Positions 36,916 through 47,335 of a stretch of 64,000 nucleotides of DNA are shown here, in pieces. Location: assembly GCA_040753955.1 (NCBI GenBank), contig JBFMDQ010000001.1, forward strand, positions 44,668 to 108,667. The letters are read 5' to 3'. The first letter of the stretch is position 1. Every line of letters starts with the position of its first letter. Source of the stretch: Nitrospirota bacterium (GTDB taxonomy: Bacteria; Nitrospirota; Thermodesulfovibrionia; Thermodesulfovibrionales; SM23-35). The translations under genes and the position numbers were made by a program. The notes below the pieces were generated by a model. That model did no database searches and was not told the origin of the DNA. It worked only from the letters and a program-made list of their open reading frames with translations.

Positions 36916-37891
36916 AATATCCATTGGTACACGGGGCAGCAAGCTCGCACTCCTTCAGGCAGAATGGGTAAAATCAGAGCTTCATAAGATACACCCGGAA
37001 ATCGAAATAAGGCTCATTAAAATAAAGACAACAGGAGACAAGATCCTTGATGTGCCACTGGCAAAGGTTGGGGGAAAGGGGCTTTTTGTTAAGGAGATAG
37101 AGGAAGCCCTTTTCAGGGGGGAAGTTGATATGGCAGCACACAGCATAAAGGATGTGCCAACGGTTCTCCCGGAAGGACTTCATATTGCCGCTATATGTAA
37201 AAGGGAAGACCCGAGGGATGCCTTAATATCGAAAATTCTAAATTCTAAATTCCAAATTCCAAATTTTAGGAGTCTACCTTCTGGTGCAACCATAGGAACA
37301 AGCAGTCTCAGGCGTTCATGTCAGTTGAGCCACATTAGACCAGATTTAAAAATTGTGCAGCTCAGGGGAAATCTCGATACGAGACTCAGGAAACTCGATG
37401 AAGGCCATTTTGATGCAATCATCGTAGCTGTTGCAGGTATAAAGAGGTCAGGATGGGCTGAAAGGATAACAGAAATCCTTGAACCCGAGATATGCCTTCC
37501 TGCAACAGGTCAGGGTGCTATAGGGATAGAGTGCAGGATTGATGATGAGGTCATGAATAATATAGTTGGAGCATTAGACCATAAAGAAACATCGATATGC
37601 GTGAGGGCCGAGAGGGCCTTTCTTAAGAGACTCGCAGGAGGATGTCAAGTGCCTATCGCTGCCTATGCACGGATAGTCAGACAGGAGTCAGGAGTCAAGA
37701 GTCAAGAGTCAAATGTAAATAATAACTTCTCACTTCTTATGGATGGTCTTGTAGGGAGTGTCACTGGTGATAAGATCGTAAGAGGCCGTATGGAAGGAAG
37801 GCCCGAAGAACCCGATGCCCTCGGCATCAAACTTGCTGGGGACTTGCTTGCACGAGGAGCGAAGGAGATACTTGCCGAGGTGTACGGGTGA
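36902..37891 (+). CDS. hemC: porphobilinogen deaminase (hydroxymethylbilane synthase)
   Basis: IGTRGSKLALLQA, GTSSLRR, and the cofactor-Cys region GGCQVPIAAY. The start is uncertain (36881, 36890 or 36902). Contains two heptamer-repeat inserts. Confidence 0.9.
   Translation: MKINKISIGTRGSKLALLQAEWVKSELHKIHPEIEIRLIKIKTTGDKILDVPLAKVGGKGLFVKEIEEALFRGEVDMAAHSIKDVPTVLPEGLHIAAICKREDPRDALISKILNSKFQIPNFRSLPSGATIGTSSLRRSCQLSHIRPDLKIVQLRGNLDTRLRKLDEGHFDAIIVAVAGIKRSGWAERITEILEPEICLPATGQGAIGIECRIDDEVMNNIVGALDHKETSICVRAERAFLKRLAGGCQVPIAAYARIVRQESGVKSQESNVNNNFSLLMDGLVGSVTGDKIVRGRMEGRPEEPDALGIKLAGDLLARGAKEILAEVYG
37233..37267. repeat. heptamer tandem repeat inside hemC (AAATTCY x5)
   Basis: aaattct aaattct aaattcc aaattcc aaatttt. 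Read in frame as (K)ILNSKFQIPNF. Confidence 0.85.
37674..37712. repeat. heptamer tandem repeat inside hemC (GAGTCAR x4 plus a degenerate unit)
   Basis: tagtcag acag gagtcag gagtcaa gagtcaa gagtcaa. Read in frame as VRQESGVKSQES. Confidence 0.85.
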
Positions 37892-37900
37892 AGTTTTCTT

Positions 37901-38173
37901 TTATTCTATTTCTTCTTCCCCTTCTACCTCCTCAAGTTGCTCTCTTTTCTCCTGGCAGTCTCTGCAGTAGATCGCAAAGGGAAGGACTTTAAGCCTCTCT
38001 TCATTTATATCCTCTCCGCAATCCTCGCACTTGCCGTAAGTTCCCTCATCAAGTTTTCTCAAGGCCTCGTCTATCTTGAGGAGTGTCTCTCTATGAGTGC
38101 TTAATTGTTTAAGGCTGACATCTTGTGATAGGTTAACAATTGACCAGTCTCCGTTATCCAAGGCTGTATCCAC
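37901..38173 (-). CDS. DksA/TraR-family C4 zinc-finger protein (minimal extent; probably extends to 38365)
   Basis: CEDCGEDINEERLKVLPFAIYCRDCQ C4 finger. The first canonical start is GTG 38173, but the frame is open for 68 more codons that encode a Lys-rich tail plus a coiled coil typical of DksA-like proteins. Confidence 0.75.
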   Translation of the reverse strand: MDTALDNGDWSIVNLSQDVSLKQLSTHRETLLKIDEALRKLDEGTYGKCEDCGEDINEERLKVLPFAIYCRDCQEKREQLEEVEGEEEIE

Positions 38174-38366
38174 GAGTTGTTTCGTCTCGCCCCTTATATG
38201 CCTGGATATCTCGGCCTTCGCCTCTTTTACGATCTCTTCTCTTCTCCTGATAAGGGCCCTTCTTAGTATAGTCTTTCTTTCCTTTTGCTCTTTACTTCTA
38301 ACTTTTCTTGTTACTGATTTCTTTCTCTTGGCCTTAGTTTCCTTTTTCTCTTGGCTCCTTTTAATC

Positions 38367-40255
<1,889 letters not shown>

Positions 40256-40259
<4 letters not shown>

Positions 40260-41014
40260 TTTACCTCTGCCTCTTCTTGTTGAATCTTCTCCTCAGCCTT
40301 GAGCTTCTCTGCCTCTTCCGCCATAGTCTTTGACAGAATCTCTTTGCCTTCAAGTATAGCATCTGCTATCTTCGAGGTTATAAGTTTTATGGCCCTTATA
40401 GCATCATCATTGCCCGGTATCACATAGTCAACCTCATCAGGGTCACAGTTCGTGTCAACTATTGCAACTATCGGCACAGCGAGCTTCCCTGCCTCAGCCA
40501 CAGCAATCTTCTCTTTTTTCGGATCTACTATGAACAAAGCCCCTGGAAGGCATGCCATATCTTTAATGCCTGAGAGATTTTTTTCTAATTTAGCCCTTTC
40601 CCTCTCGATAGAAGCGACCTCTTTTTTGGGAAGAAGCTCTAAAGTGCCGTCCTCCTTCATAGTCTCAATCTTTTTTAGTCTTTCAATACTCTTCTTTATT
40701 GTCGAGAAATTTGTAAGCATACCTCCAAGCCAACGCTGGTTAACATAAAAAGCCCCTGCACGGATTGCCTCCTCCTGAATGGCATCCTGTGACTGTTTCT
40801 TTGTACCGACAAGGAGTACCGACGCCCCTGTCGAGGCCAACCCTTTTATGAAATTATAGGCATCTTCAAGCCCTTTAAGTGTCTTCTGGAGGTCAATGAT
40901 GTAGATACCGTTTTTCTCTCCAAAGATGTATTTCTTCATCTTAGGATGCCATCGCTTTACCTGATGGCCAAAGTGTACACCCGCCTCGAGAAGTTCCTTA
41001 ATTGTAGTTACCAT
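40256..41014 (-). CDS. rpsB: 30S ribosomal protein S2
   Basis: [29 protein letters not shown] 41014 follows AGGAGGAG. The ORF-track extension to 41266 is non-coding read-through. Confidence 0.95.
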
Positions 41015-41287
41015 ATTTTTCTTTTCTCCTCCTGTTCCCTTCAACCCTTTTTCCAGAATTGAAAAACCTAACACAAAAATATCTTTTTTGCAAGGGGGCG
41101 ACTTTCCAAAAAAATTCTTGACTTTTGCCTTTGATTGTGACAGTTTTAAAAGTATCAAAAATAAAAACCCGCATGGTGAATCTGTGGGCCAAAACTCCAG
41201 AAGGAGGTGATAATTCAAAAACAGTGGTGTGCCTGACCAGAGGTGGTATTTTTTATGAAATAACAAAACAACAGAAGGAGGTGAATT

Positions 41288-42292
41288 ATGAAGAAAGAGG
41301 TTATTTTAAGTAAGAAACTCGAAAGTGAGTTAGAATTTCATGGAGTAAGCAGGAGAGACTTCCTGAAATATTGCGCTGCAACAGCAGCCGTACTTGGTCT
41401 TTCCGAATTTGAGTTTACAACCAAAGTCGCTCATGCATTAGGAGCTACCTCCAAGAAACCTCCAGTAATCTGGCTTGAGGGACAAGATTGCGCTGGGTGC
41501 ACTATCTCTTTTACCCAAATCCTTAATCCACCTGCTGCTTCTATTATTCTGGATAAGATATCCCTTAGATATCATGAGACTGCTATGGCAGCTTCGGGTG
41601 GTCTCGCTGAAAAGGTATATCACGACACCATAAAAGAAGGTGGCTATGTTTTAATAGTTGAAGGCTCGATTCCTTCTGCTGATGACCGCTTCTGTATGGT
41701 AGGTGGACGCCCCTTCAAGCAGATCGTAGAAGAAGCAGCTAAGAAAGCAGGTGCCATAATTGCCGTTGGAGCCTGTGCTACCTATGGTGGTATCCCAGCA
41801 GCTACTCCAAGCAAAGGCATAGGGCTTAACAAGGCCTTGCCTGGTAAGGCAGTTATCAATCTTCCTACCTGTCCAGTTCATCCAGATCACCTGGCAGGAA
41901 CCGTCCTATACTTCCTTACCACCGGAAAAGCACCTGAACTGGATAAAATCGGACGCCCTGTGATGTATTTCAGGGAATCGGTCCATGATAATTGCAGACG
42001 CCGCGCACATTTCGATGCAGGGAGATTTCTTACGGATTGGAATGACCCAAAACAAAAAGAATGGTGCATGTTTAAGAAGGGTTGTAAAGGACCAATGACT
42101 TTCTCAGATTGCCCTATCCGTAGATGGAATGATGGAATAAATTTCTGCATCGATTGCGGTGCTGTTTGTATGGGCTGTGCTGAGCCAGGTTTTTATGCCG
42201 AAATGTCGCCTCTTTATACAGCTGAGAGCGAGATCTCGAAGAGAATATGGGCTATGAGAGAAGCCGGTTTAATTCCCAAGAAAGAAAGTTAA
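41288..42292 (+). CDS. [NiFe] hydrogenase small subunit (periplasmic, Tat-exported)
   Basis: Twin-arginine signal [18 protein letters not shown], the proximal-cluster motif CAGCTIS, and Cys clusters in the C-terminal half. No C-terminal TM anchor is apparent. Confidence 0.9.
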   Translation: MKKEVILSKKLESELEFHGVSRRDFLKYCAATAAVLGLSEFEFTTKVAHALGATSKKPPVIWLEGQDCAGCTISFTQILNPPAASIILDKISLRYHETAMAASGGLAEKVYHDTIKEGGYVLIVEGSIPSADDRFCMVGGRPFKQIVEEAAKKAGAIIAVGACATYGGIPAATPSKGIGLNKALPGKAVINLPTCPVHPDHLAGTVLYFLTTGKAPELDKIGRPVMYFRESVHDNCRRRAHFDAGRFLTDWNDPKQKEWCMFKKGCKGPMTFSDCPIRRWNDGINFCIDCGAVCMGCAEPGFYAEMSPLYTAESEISKRIWAMREAGLIPKKES

Positions 42293-42309
42293 AAAGGAGG
42301 TGAGAATAA

Positions 42310-43872
42310 ATGGGTAAGAAAATTACTATAGATCCAATTACCAGGATTGAAGGACACCTGAAGATTGAAGTAGAAATTGAAGATGGTAAGGTTAAGGATG
42401 CCTGGAGTAGTGGTACAATGGCTCGTGGATTTGAGGCCATGCTCATTGGGAAAGATCCAAGGGATGCCTCCTTTGTAACCAGTCGCTTCTGCGGGGTCTG
42501 CTATAGTGTGCACCAGATAACTTCCGCACGTGCTCTGGATGAAGCCTTTGGGGCTAAGGTTCCATGGGGAGGAACCCTCATCAGGAACCTGGTCATGGGT
42601 GCAGAGTATATCTATGACCATCTGATTCATTTTTACCAGTTGAGCGCCCTTGATTATATTGATATCATGGCCATCGCCAAATACAAAGGTAAGGATAAGG
42701 ATCTGTTGGCTGTTAAGGATAAGATTGTGGGCTTAGTAAAGGCAAAAGACACCTATCCGCTCACCCCAAGATATGAACCAGATGAATTTACTGTCAAAGA
42801 CTCAGATATAGTAATCACTGCAGTTAAGCATTATATTGATGCCCTGAAGATACATGCCCAGGCCAGGAACATGGGGGCTATATGGGGCGGCCGGACTCCT
42901 CATTATCAGAATATCGTAGTCGGAGGTGTCACCTCCTATCCCGATATAAATCAGGTAGCCCGTTTTCGCACTATGCTCGATGAGCAGGCCAGGTTTATCA
43001 ATGAGGTGTACATCCCGGACGTGTTGCTCTTCGGAACCGGTCCGCTATGGCCACTGGCCGAGCTTGGTGTAGGTGGAGGCCATTACAATTATCTCTCTTA
43101 TGGTGCCTTTGAGAAGGATCCGGCAGGTAAAGAGTTAGTCTTTCCTGCAGGCGTTATCGTGGGCCTGGATCCTGCGGATATCAAAGTTGAGCCATTTGAT
43201 CCCAAGAAGGTCACTGAATCGGTGAAATATGCCTGGTATAAGGAAAAGAAGCCAGTTCACCCTTATGATGGCGAGCAGGTATTTAATCTTGAAAAGAAGG
43301 AGGCATATTCCTTTGTCAAGGCCCCTCGCTACGACGGCAAATCAATGGAGGTTGGCCCACTTGCACGGATGCTTGTAGCCAAAAATCCTACTCTTATCGA
43401 TTTGGTCAAAAAGGGTGCAAAACCCGGTGCAGTTGCCCGCCATGCTGCCCGTGCAATTGAGACCAAGCTTGTAGTGGATGCCTGCTATAACTGGTTAGAC
43501 CAGCTACTCACCGAGATGACCAAACCGGGATTTAAGGTTCACGACACCGCACATTGGGATCCACCCGAAAGTGGCATGGGTGCTGGATTTTATGAAGCAC
43601 CTCGAGGTGCCTTAGGACACTGGGTCAAGATCAAAAACAAAAAGACCGAGAATTATCAGTGCGTGGTCCCTTCGACCTGGAATGCCTCGCCTCGCGACGA
43701 AAAAGGCGTCCGTGGGCAATACGAGGAAGCCCTCATTGGTGCTCCGGTACCAGATCCTGAAAACCCGATCAATGTAGTACGGATAATCCGCTCCTTTGAT
43801 CCCTGTCTGGCTTGCGCTATCCACATTATCGATCCGAAAACGAATGAAATCAGAAAATTCATTATCGAATAG
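42310..43872 (+). CDS. [NiFe] hydrogenase large subunit
   Basis: N-terminal RIEGHLKIEV, RFCGVC and C-terminal DPCLACAIH Ni-Fe ligand motifs. Both C-terminal ligands are Cys codons (tgt, tgc), so this is not a Sec-containing enzyme. Confidence 0.95.
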   Translation: MGKKITIDPITRIEGHLKIEVEIEDGKVKDAWSSGTMARGFEAMLIGKDPRDASFVTSRFCGVCYSVHQITSARALDEAFGAKVPWGGTLIRNLVMGAEYIYDHLIHFYQLSALDYIDIMAIAKYKGKDKDLLAVKDKIVGLVKAKDTYPLTPRYEPDEFTVKDSDIVITAVKHYIDALKIHAQARNMGAIWGGRTPHYQNIVVGGVTSYPDINQVARFRTMLDEQARFINEVYIPDVLLFGTGPLWPLAELGVGGGHYNYLSYGAFEKDPAGKELVFPAGVIVGLDPADIKVEPFDPKKVTESVKYAWYKEKKPVHPYDGEQVFNLEKKEAYSFVKAPRYDGKSMEVGPLARMLVAKNPTLIDLVKKGAKPGAVARHAARAIETKLVVDACYNWLDQLLTEMTKPGFKVHDTAHWDPPESGMGAGFYEAPRGALGHWVKIKNKKTENYQCVVPSTWNASPRDEKGVRGQYEEALIGAPVPDPENPINVVRIIRSFDPCLACAIHIIDPKTNEIRKFIIE

Positions 43873-44428
43873 CGACTCAAGAAAAATAAAGAAAATCCCC
43901 CCTTACCCCCCTTTAGCAAAGGGGGGGAGGGAGGATTATATATCTCAAAAAGAAGGGAAACTTCTTTCACTCCAAAAATTTGTCATCCTCGGAGTAGGTA
44001 ATCTTTTACTATCTGACGAAGGGGTTGGCGTTCACATAGCTAATGAACTTATGAAGATGGAACTGCCACCAGAGGTTTCGGTTGTTGAAGGTGGGACAAA
44101 TGGATTTCATCTCATCAATGTGATAACAGAAGCTGACAGACTCATCGTGATTGATGCTGTCAAAGGAGGTGGTGCTCCCGGTTCTATCTATCGTTTCGAC
44201 ATTAATGATGTCCGAAACTGCCCATCCGGTTTTAAGACATCAGTTCACCAGATCGGTATTTTAGAGGTCATAGATTTGTCAGGGCTGATCGGAAAGACCC
44301 CTCAAACCACAGTTATCGGTGTCGAACCTAAGTCTCTGGAGTTGGGAATGGAATTATCCCCCGAAATTAAGGCAAAGATTCCGAGGATTATTGAATTGAT
44401 ATTTGAAGAACTAAAAAAGTCAGGATAG
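43844..44428 (+). CDS. hydrogenase maturation endopeptidase (HyaD/HybD family)
   Basis: The conserved core starts near 43976 (KFVILGVGNLLLSDEGVGVHIANEL..VIDAV). No ATG/GTG/TTG lies between the repeat and the core. The nearest in-frame ATG is 43844, inside the large-subunit gene, and the ORF track starts at 43796. Confidence 0.8.
   Translation: MKSENSLSNSDSRKIKKIPPYPPLAKGGREDYISQKEGKLLSLQKFVILGVGNLLLSDEGVGVHIANELMKMELPPEVSVVEGGTNGFHLINVITEADRLIVIDAVKGGGAPGSIYRFDINDVRNCPSGFKTSVHQIGILEVIDLSGLIGKTPQTTVIGVEPKSLELGMELSPEIKAKIPRIIELIFEELKKSG
43894..43937. repeat. C-run/G-run hairpin element between the hydrogenase large subunit and protease genes
   Basis: aaatccccccttacccccctttagcaaagggggggagggaggatt. 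The frame of the downstream protease gene stays open through it (IPPYPPLAKGGRED). Confidence 0.85.
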
Positions 44429-44446
44429 GCTCTTGGCATTTGAGTC

Positions 44447-44496
44447 TGGTTATTGGTGCCTGGTTATTGGAATTTATTGGAATTTGGTTATTGGGG
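44447..44496. repeat. GGTTATTGG / AATTTGGAAT short-repeat cluster
   Basis: tggttattggtgcctggttattggaatttattggaatttggttattgggg, located upstream of hypC. Confidence 0.65.
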
Positions 44497-44509
44497 TTTA
44501 TAATATAAT

Positions 44510-44746
44510 ATGTGCCTTGCAGTCCCTTCTAAGATAATCAGTATTAAATACACTACAGCAATTGTGGATGTCTACGGTGCAAGGCGGGCTATAAGCCTTC
44601 TCCTCCTGGAAGACGAAGTAAATGTGGGTGATTATGTTCTTGTCCATGCTGGTTTTGCAATCCAGAAGGTTCAGGAGGAATATGCAGAGGAGACCCTCGA
44701 ACTCTTCAAACAGTGGATTGAAGAAGAACGGAAAGCCCCGAACTAA
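44510..44746 (+). CDS. hypC: hydrogenase assembly chaperone HypC/HupF
   Basis: MCLAVPSKII N-terminus with the essential Cys2. 78 aa. Confidence 0.9.
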   Translation: MCLAVPSKIISIKYTTAIVDVYGARRAISLLLLEDEVNVGDYVLVHAGFAIQKVQEEYAEETLELFKQWIEEERKAPN

Positions 44747-44793
44747 ATAATCCTACAATATTACCCATCTGTTAAAATCTTAATAAGGCATTT

Positions 44794-47076
44794 ATGTCAA
44801 TATCTGACTTCATAGAATCCTTAAAAAAAGACAGGAGATTTAATCTCCAGGTTGCAGAACATAAATACATTCCTCCCATGAGGCCAGGATATGGGGAGCT
44901 TACTTTATTTGACAGGCTCAGAGATGTATTGAGAAGGCGAGGCATAGAGCTATTTTACAGCCACCAGGTCGAGGCTATTAATTTAATAAGGCAGGGAGAG
45001 AATGTCGTTGTTATGACCCCTACGGCAAGCGGTAAGAGCCTCATATATAACATTCCTGTGCTTGAATCCATCATCGAAAACCCTGAGTATAGGGCATTGT
45101 ATATATTCCCGTTAAAGGGACTTGAACAGGACCAGGTAAAAAACCTTAATGAGCTTTTTTATTCCGTGATGACACCCTCCCCTACTCCTCCCATTATTTA
45201 TAAACCCCCTCCCCGCTCAAAATCCCCCCTGCAATTTGCAGAAATCTACGATGGGGACACAACAGCCTACAGGAGAAAGAAGATAAGAGAGGAAATACCT
45301 AACGTTATTTTTACAAACCCTGATATGCTCCATCTTGCATTAAATCCCTTTCATAAAAAATGGGAAACCTTCTTCAAGAATTTGAGATATGTGGTTATTG
45401 ATGAGATACATACTTACAGGGGTGTATTTGGCTCAAATGTTGCCCATGTGATGAGGAGGCTGAGGAGAATATGTAAATACTGGGGTTCTAACCCCCAATT
45501 TATTGCAGCCTCTGCAACTATAGCCAATCCATCTCAACTTGCTGAAGAACTCATTGGATTACCTTTTAAGGTTGTGGCTCAAAGTGGGGCACCACAGGCA
45601 GGGAGACATTTTATATTTATTAATCCCATTGACAGCCCTTATACAGAAACGACAAGGCTTTTTATAAGATGCCTGAATGCAGGGCTCAGAACAATCGTCT
45701 TTACAAAGGCAAGAAAGATAACAGAGCTTATCTATTCATGGACAATGAACCAGGCACCTGAGCTTGAGGGCAGGATAAGCCCTTACCGCGCTGGTTTTCT
45801 TCCGAGAGAAAGGAGAGAGATAGAACAGAGATTATTCAGTGGAGAGCTCTTAGGTGTTGTATCAACAAGCGCACTTGAGCTCGGAATTGATATAGGAGGG
45901 CTTGACTGCTGTATACTCTGCGGTTATCCAGGCTCTGTGGCAAGCACCTGGCAAAGGGCAGGTCGTGTTGGAAGAGGTGGACAGGAATCAATGATTGTGA
46001 TGATTGCTATTCAGGATGCCCTTGACCAGTATTTCATGCGTCATCCTGAGGCATTCTTTGAAAAAAGTCATGAGGCAGCAGTCATAGACCCTGAAAATAG
46101 AAATATCCTTAAAAGACATATTCCATGTGCCTCTTCAGAGGTTTACCTGAGAGAATACGACGAGACATATGATGTAAAAAAGCTTATGCCTTTGATTGAT
46201 GAGCTTGTTAAAGAAGGGATTTTAAATCCTGGCAGGAAAGGAGACATATGGTTCTCCAGAAGAAGAATGCCCCACAGGGAGGTTGGTATCAGGGCGATCG
46301 GTGAGCCATTTGATATTATTGATGAATCAGGGAAGGCAATTGGGGAGCTAAGTGGTATAAGGGTTTTCAGGGATGCCTTTCCTGGGGCTATCTATCTCCA
46401 CAGGGGAAGGCAGTATCATGTTACAGAGCTTGATTTAGAAAGGAAAAGGGTGATATGCAGTGAGGTTGACGTAAATTATTACACCCAGGCATTGAGCAAA
46501 GAAGAGACAGAAGTAATAAAAGAGAAGGAGATGAAGAATTACAGGGGCCTTTCAGTTCGCTGGGGAACCCTTAAAACAACCCAGAAGATAACAGGCTATG
46601 AGAAAAAGAGGATCTTTGACAGGGTCAGGATTTCAAGACATGGCCTCGATATGCCTGATTGCATATTCGAGACAGAAGGACTCTGGATCAAAATAGATAA
46701 GACAATAAAATCTTTTGTCGAATCAAAAGGTTTTGATCTTGCAGGGACCCTCCATGCTGTTGAGCATACTGTAATAGCATGTATACCACTATTTGCCCTC
46801 TGTGACAGAGGAGACATTGGCGGATTGAGTTATACCTTTTATCCTGAATTTAAACAACCTGCAATATTCATTTATGATGGATACGAAGGTGGGATAGGGC
46901 TAACAAAGAGGGCGACTGAGGTTATCGGGGATTTGCTGATGGCAACCCTGAAGGTCATTGATGAATGTCCTTGCGAAGAAGGTTGCCCTTCCTGTGTGCA
47001 GGACCCACAGTGTGGTTCAGGCAACCAGCCACTGGATAAAGAAGGGGCAAAAAATCTACTTAAAAGATGGCTCTAA
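44794..47076 (+). CDS. DEAD/DEAH-box helicase with C-terminal DUF1998/MrfA Zn-binding domain (YprA/MrfA-like)
   Basis: Motif I TPTASGKS, motif II VIDEIH, motif VI QRAGRVGRG, and a C-terminal CPCEEGCPSCVQDPQCGSGN cysteine cluster. Contains a C-rich insert at 45171-45232. Confidence 0.85.
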   Translation: MSISDFIESLKKDRRFNLQVAEHKYIPPMRPGYGELTLFDRLRDVLRRRGIELFYSHQVEAINLIRQGENVVVMTPTASGKSLIYNIPVLESIIENPEYRALYIFPLKGLEQDQVKNLNELFYSVMTPSPTPPIIYKPPPRSKSPLQFAEIYDGDTTAYRRKKIREEIPNVIFTNPDMLHLALNPFHKKWETFFKNLRYVVIDEIHTYRGVFGSNVAHVMRRLRRICKYWGSNPQFIAASATIANPSQLAEELIGLPFKVVAQSGAPQAGRHFIFINPIDSPYTETTRLFIRCLNAGLRTIVFTKARKITELIYSWTMNQAPELEGRISPYRAGFLPRERREIEQRLFSGELLGVVSTSALELGIDIGGLDCCILCGYPGSVASTWQRAGRVGRGGQESMIVMIAIQDALDQYFMRHPEAFFEKSHEAAVIDPENRNILKRHIPCASSEVYLREYDETYDVKKLMPLIDELVKEGILNPGRKGDIWFSRRRMPHREVGIRAIGEPFDIIDESGKAIGELSGIRVFRDAFPGAIYLHRGRQYHVTELDLERKRVICSEVDVNYYTQALSKEETEVIKEKEMKNYRGLSVRWGTLKTTQKITGYEKKRIFDRVRISRHGLDMPDCIFETEGLWIKIDKTIKSFVESKGFDLAGTLHAVEHTVIACIPLFALCDRGDIGGLSYTFYPEFKQPAIFIYDGYEGGIGLTKRATEVIGDLLMATLKVIDECPCEEGCPSCVQDPQCGSGNQPLDKEGAKNLLKRWL
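45171..45232. repeat. C-rich (C-arm-like) repeat segment inside the helicase gene
   Basis: gacaccctcccctactcctcccattatttataaaccccctccccgctcaaaatcccccctgc. Read as TPSPTPPIIYKPPPRSKSPLQ, between helicase motifs Ia and Ib. No G-rich partner arm. Confidence 0.55.
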
Positions 47077-47168
47077 GGTGCGGAGGCTTGACAATATCTT
47101 TGAGCAAATGTCAACTTATTTAGGACATTTTCACTGTAACATATTGTAATAGGTAAGTTTTTCTAAAA

Positions 47169-47239
47169 GTTCCCCTCTATTAAGAGGGGAAGAGAAAAAG
47201 GGATATGTCCCATTAGTTCCCCTCTAATAAGAGGGGTTA
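47169..47239. repeat. two tandem copies of a TTCCCCTCT-loop-AGAGGGG hairpin
   Basis: gttcccctctattaagaggggaag (47169-47192) and gttcccctctaataagaggggtta (47216-47239), downstream of the helicase. Confidence 0.7.
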
Positions 47240-47335
47240 GTGGTGTAACAGATGGGAGGATTAGGAATGCAAAAGTTTTTCGGGAAACTAAACTGTTACA
47301 GCATCTTTAACCACGCACCTATAGGAGGTATTTAT

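Noticed and set aside
41015-41266. N-terminal 84-codon extension of rpsB in the ORF track
   Set aside because: S2 homology starts at [18 protein letters not shown] (ATG 41014), which has AGGAGGAG upstream. The extension is Leu/Phe-rich read-through of the promoter region.
43795-43824. Possible selenocysteine ([NiFeSe]) hydrogenase, considered because selB is in the window
   Set aside because: The C-terminal ligand motif is encoded as gat ccc tgt ctg gct tgc gct atc cac (DPCLACAIH). There is no in-frame TGA in either hydrogenase subunit.
43656-43970. 104-aa minus-strand ORF containing PPSPPLLKGGKGGF (and the analogous ORF 27494-27805 with SPPFTKGGVGG)
   Set aside because: Both are antisense to strongly supported genes (the hydrogenase large subunit and topA). 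They exist only because the palindromic repeat lacks stops in several frames.
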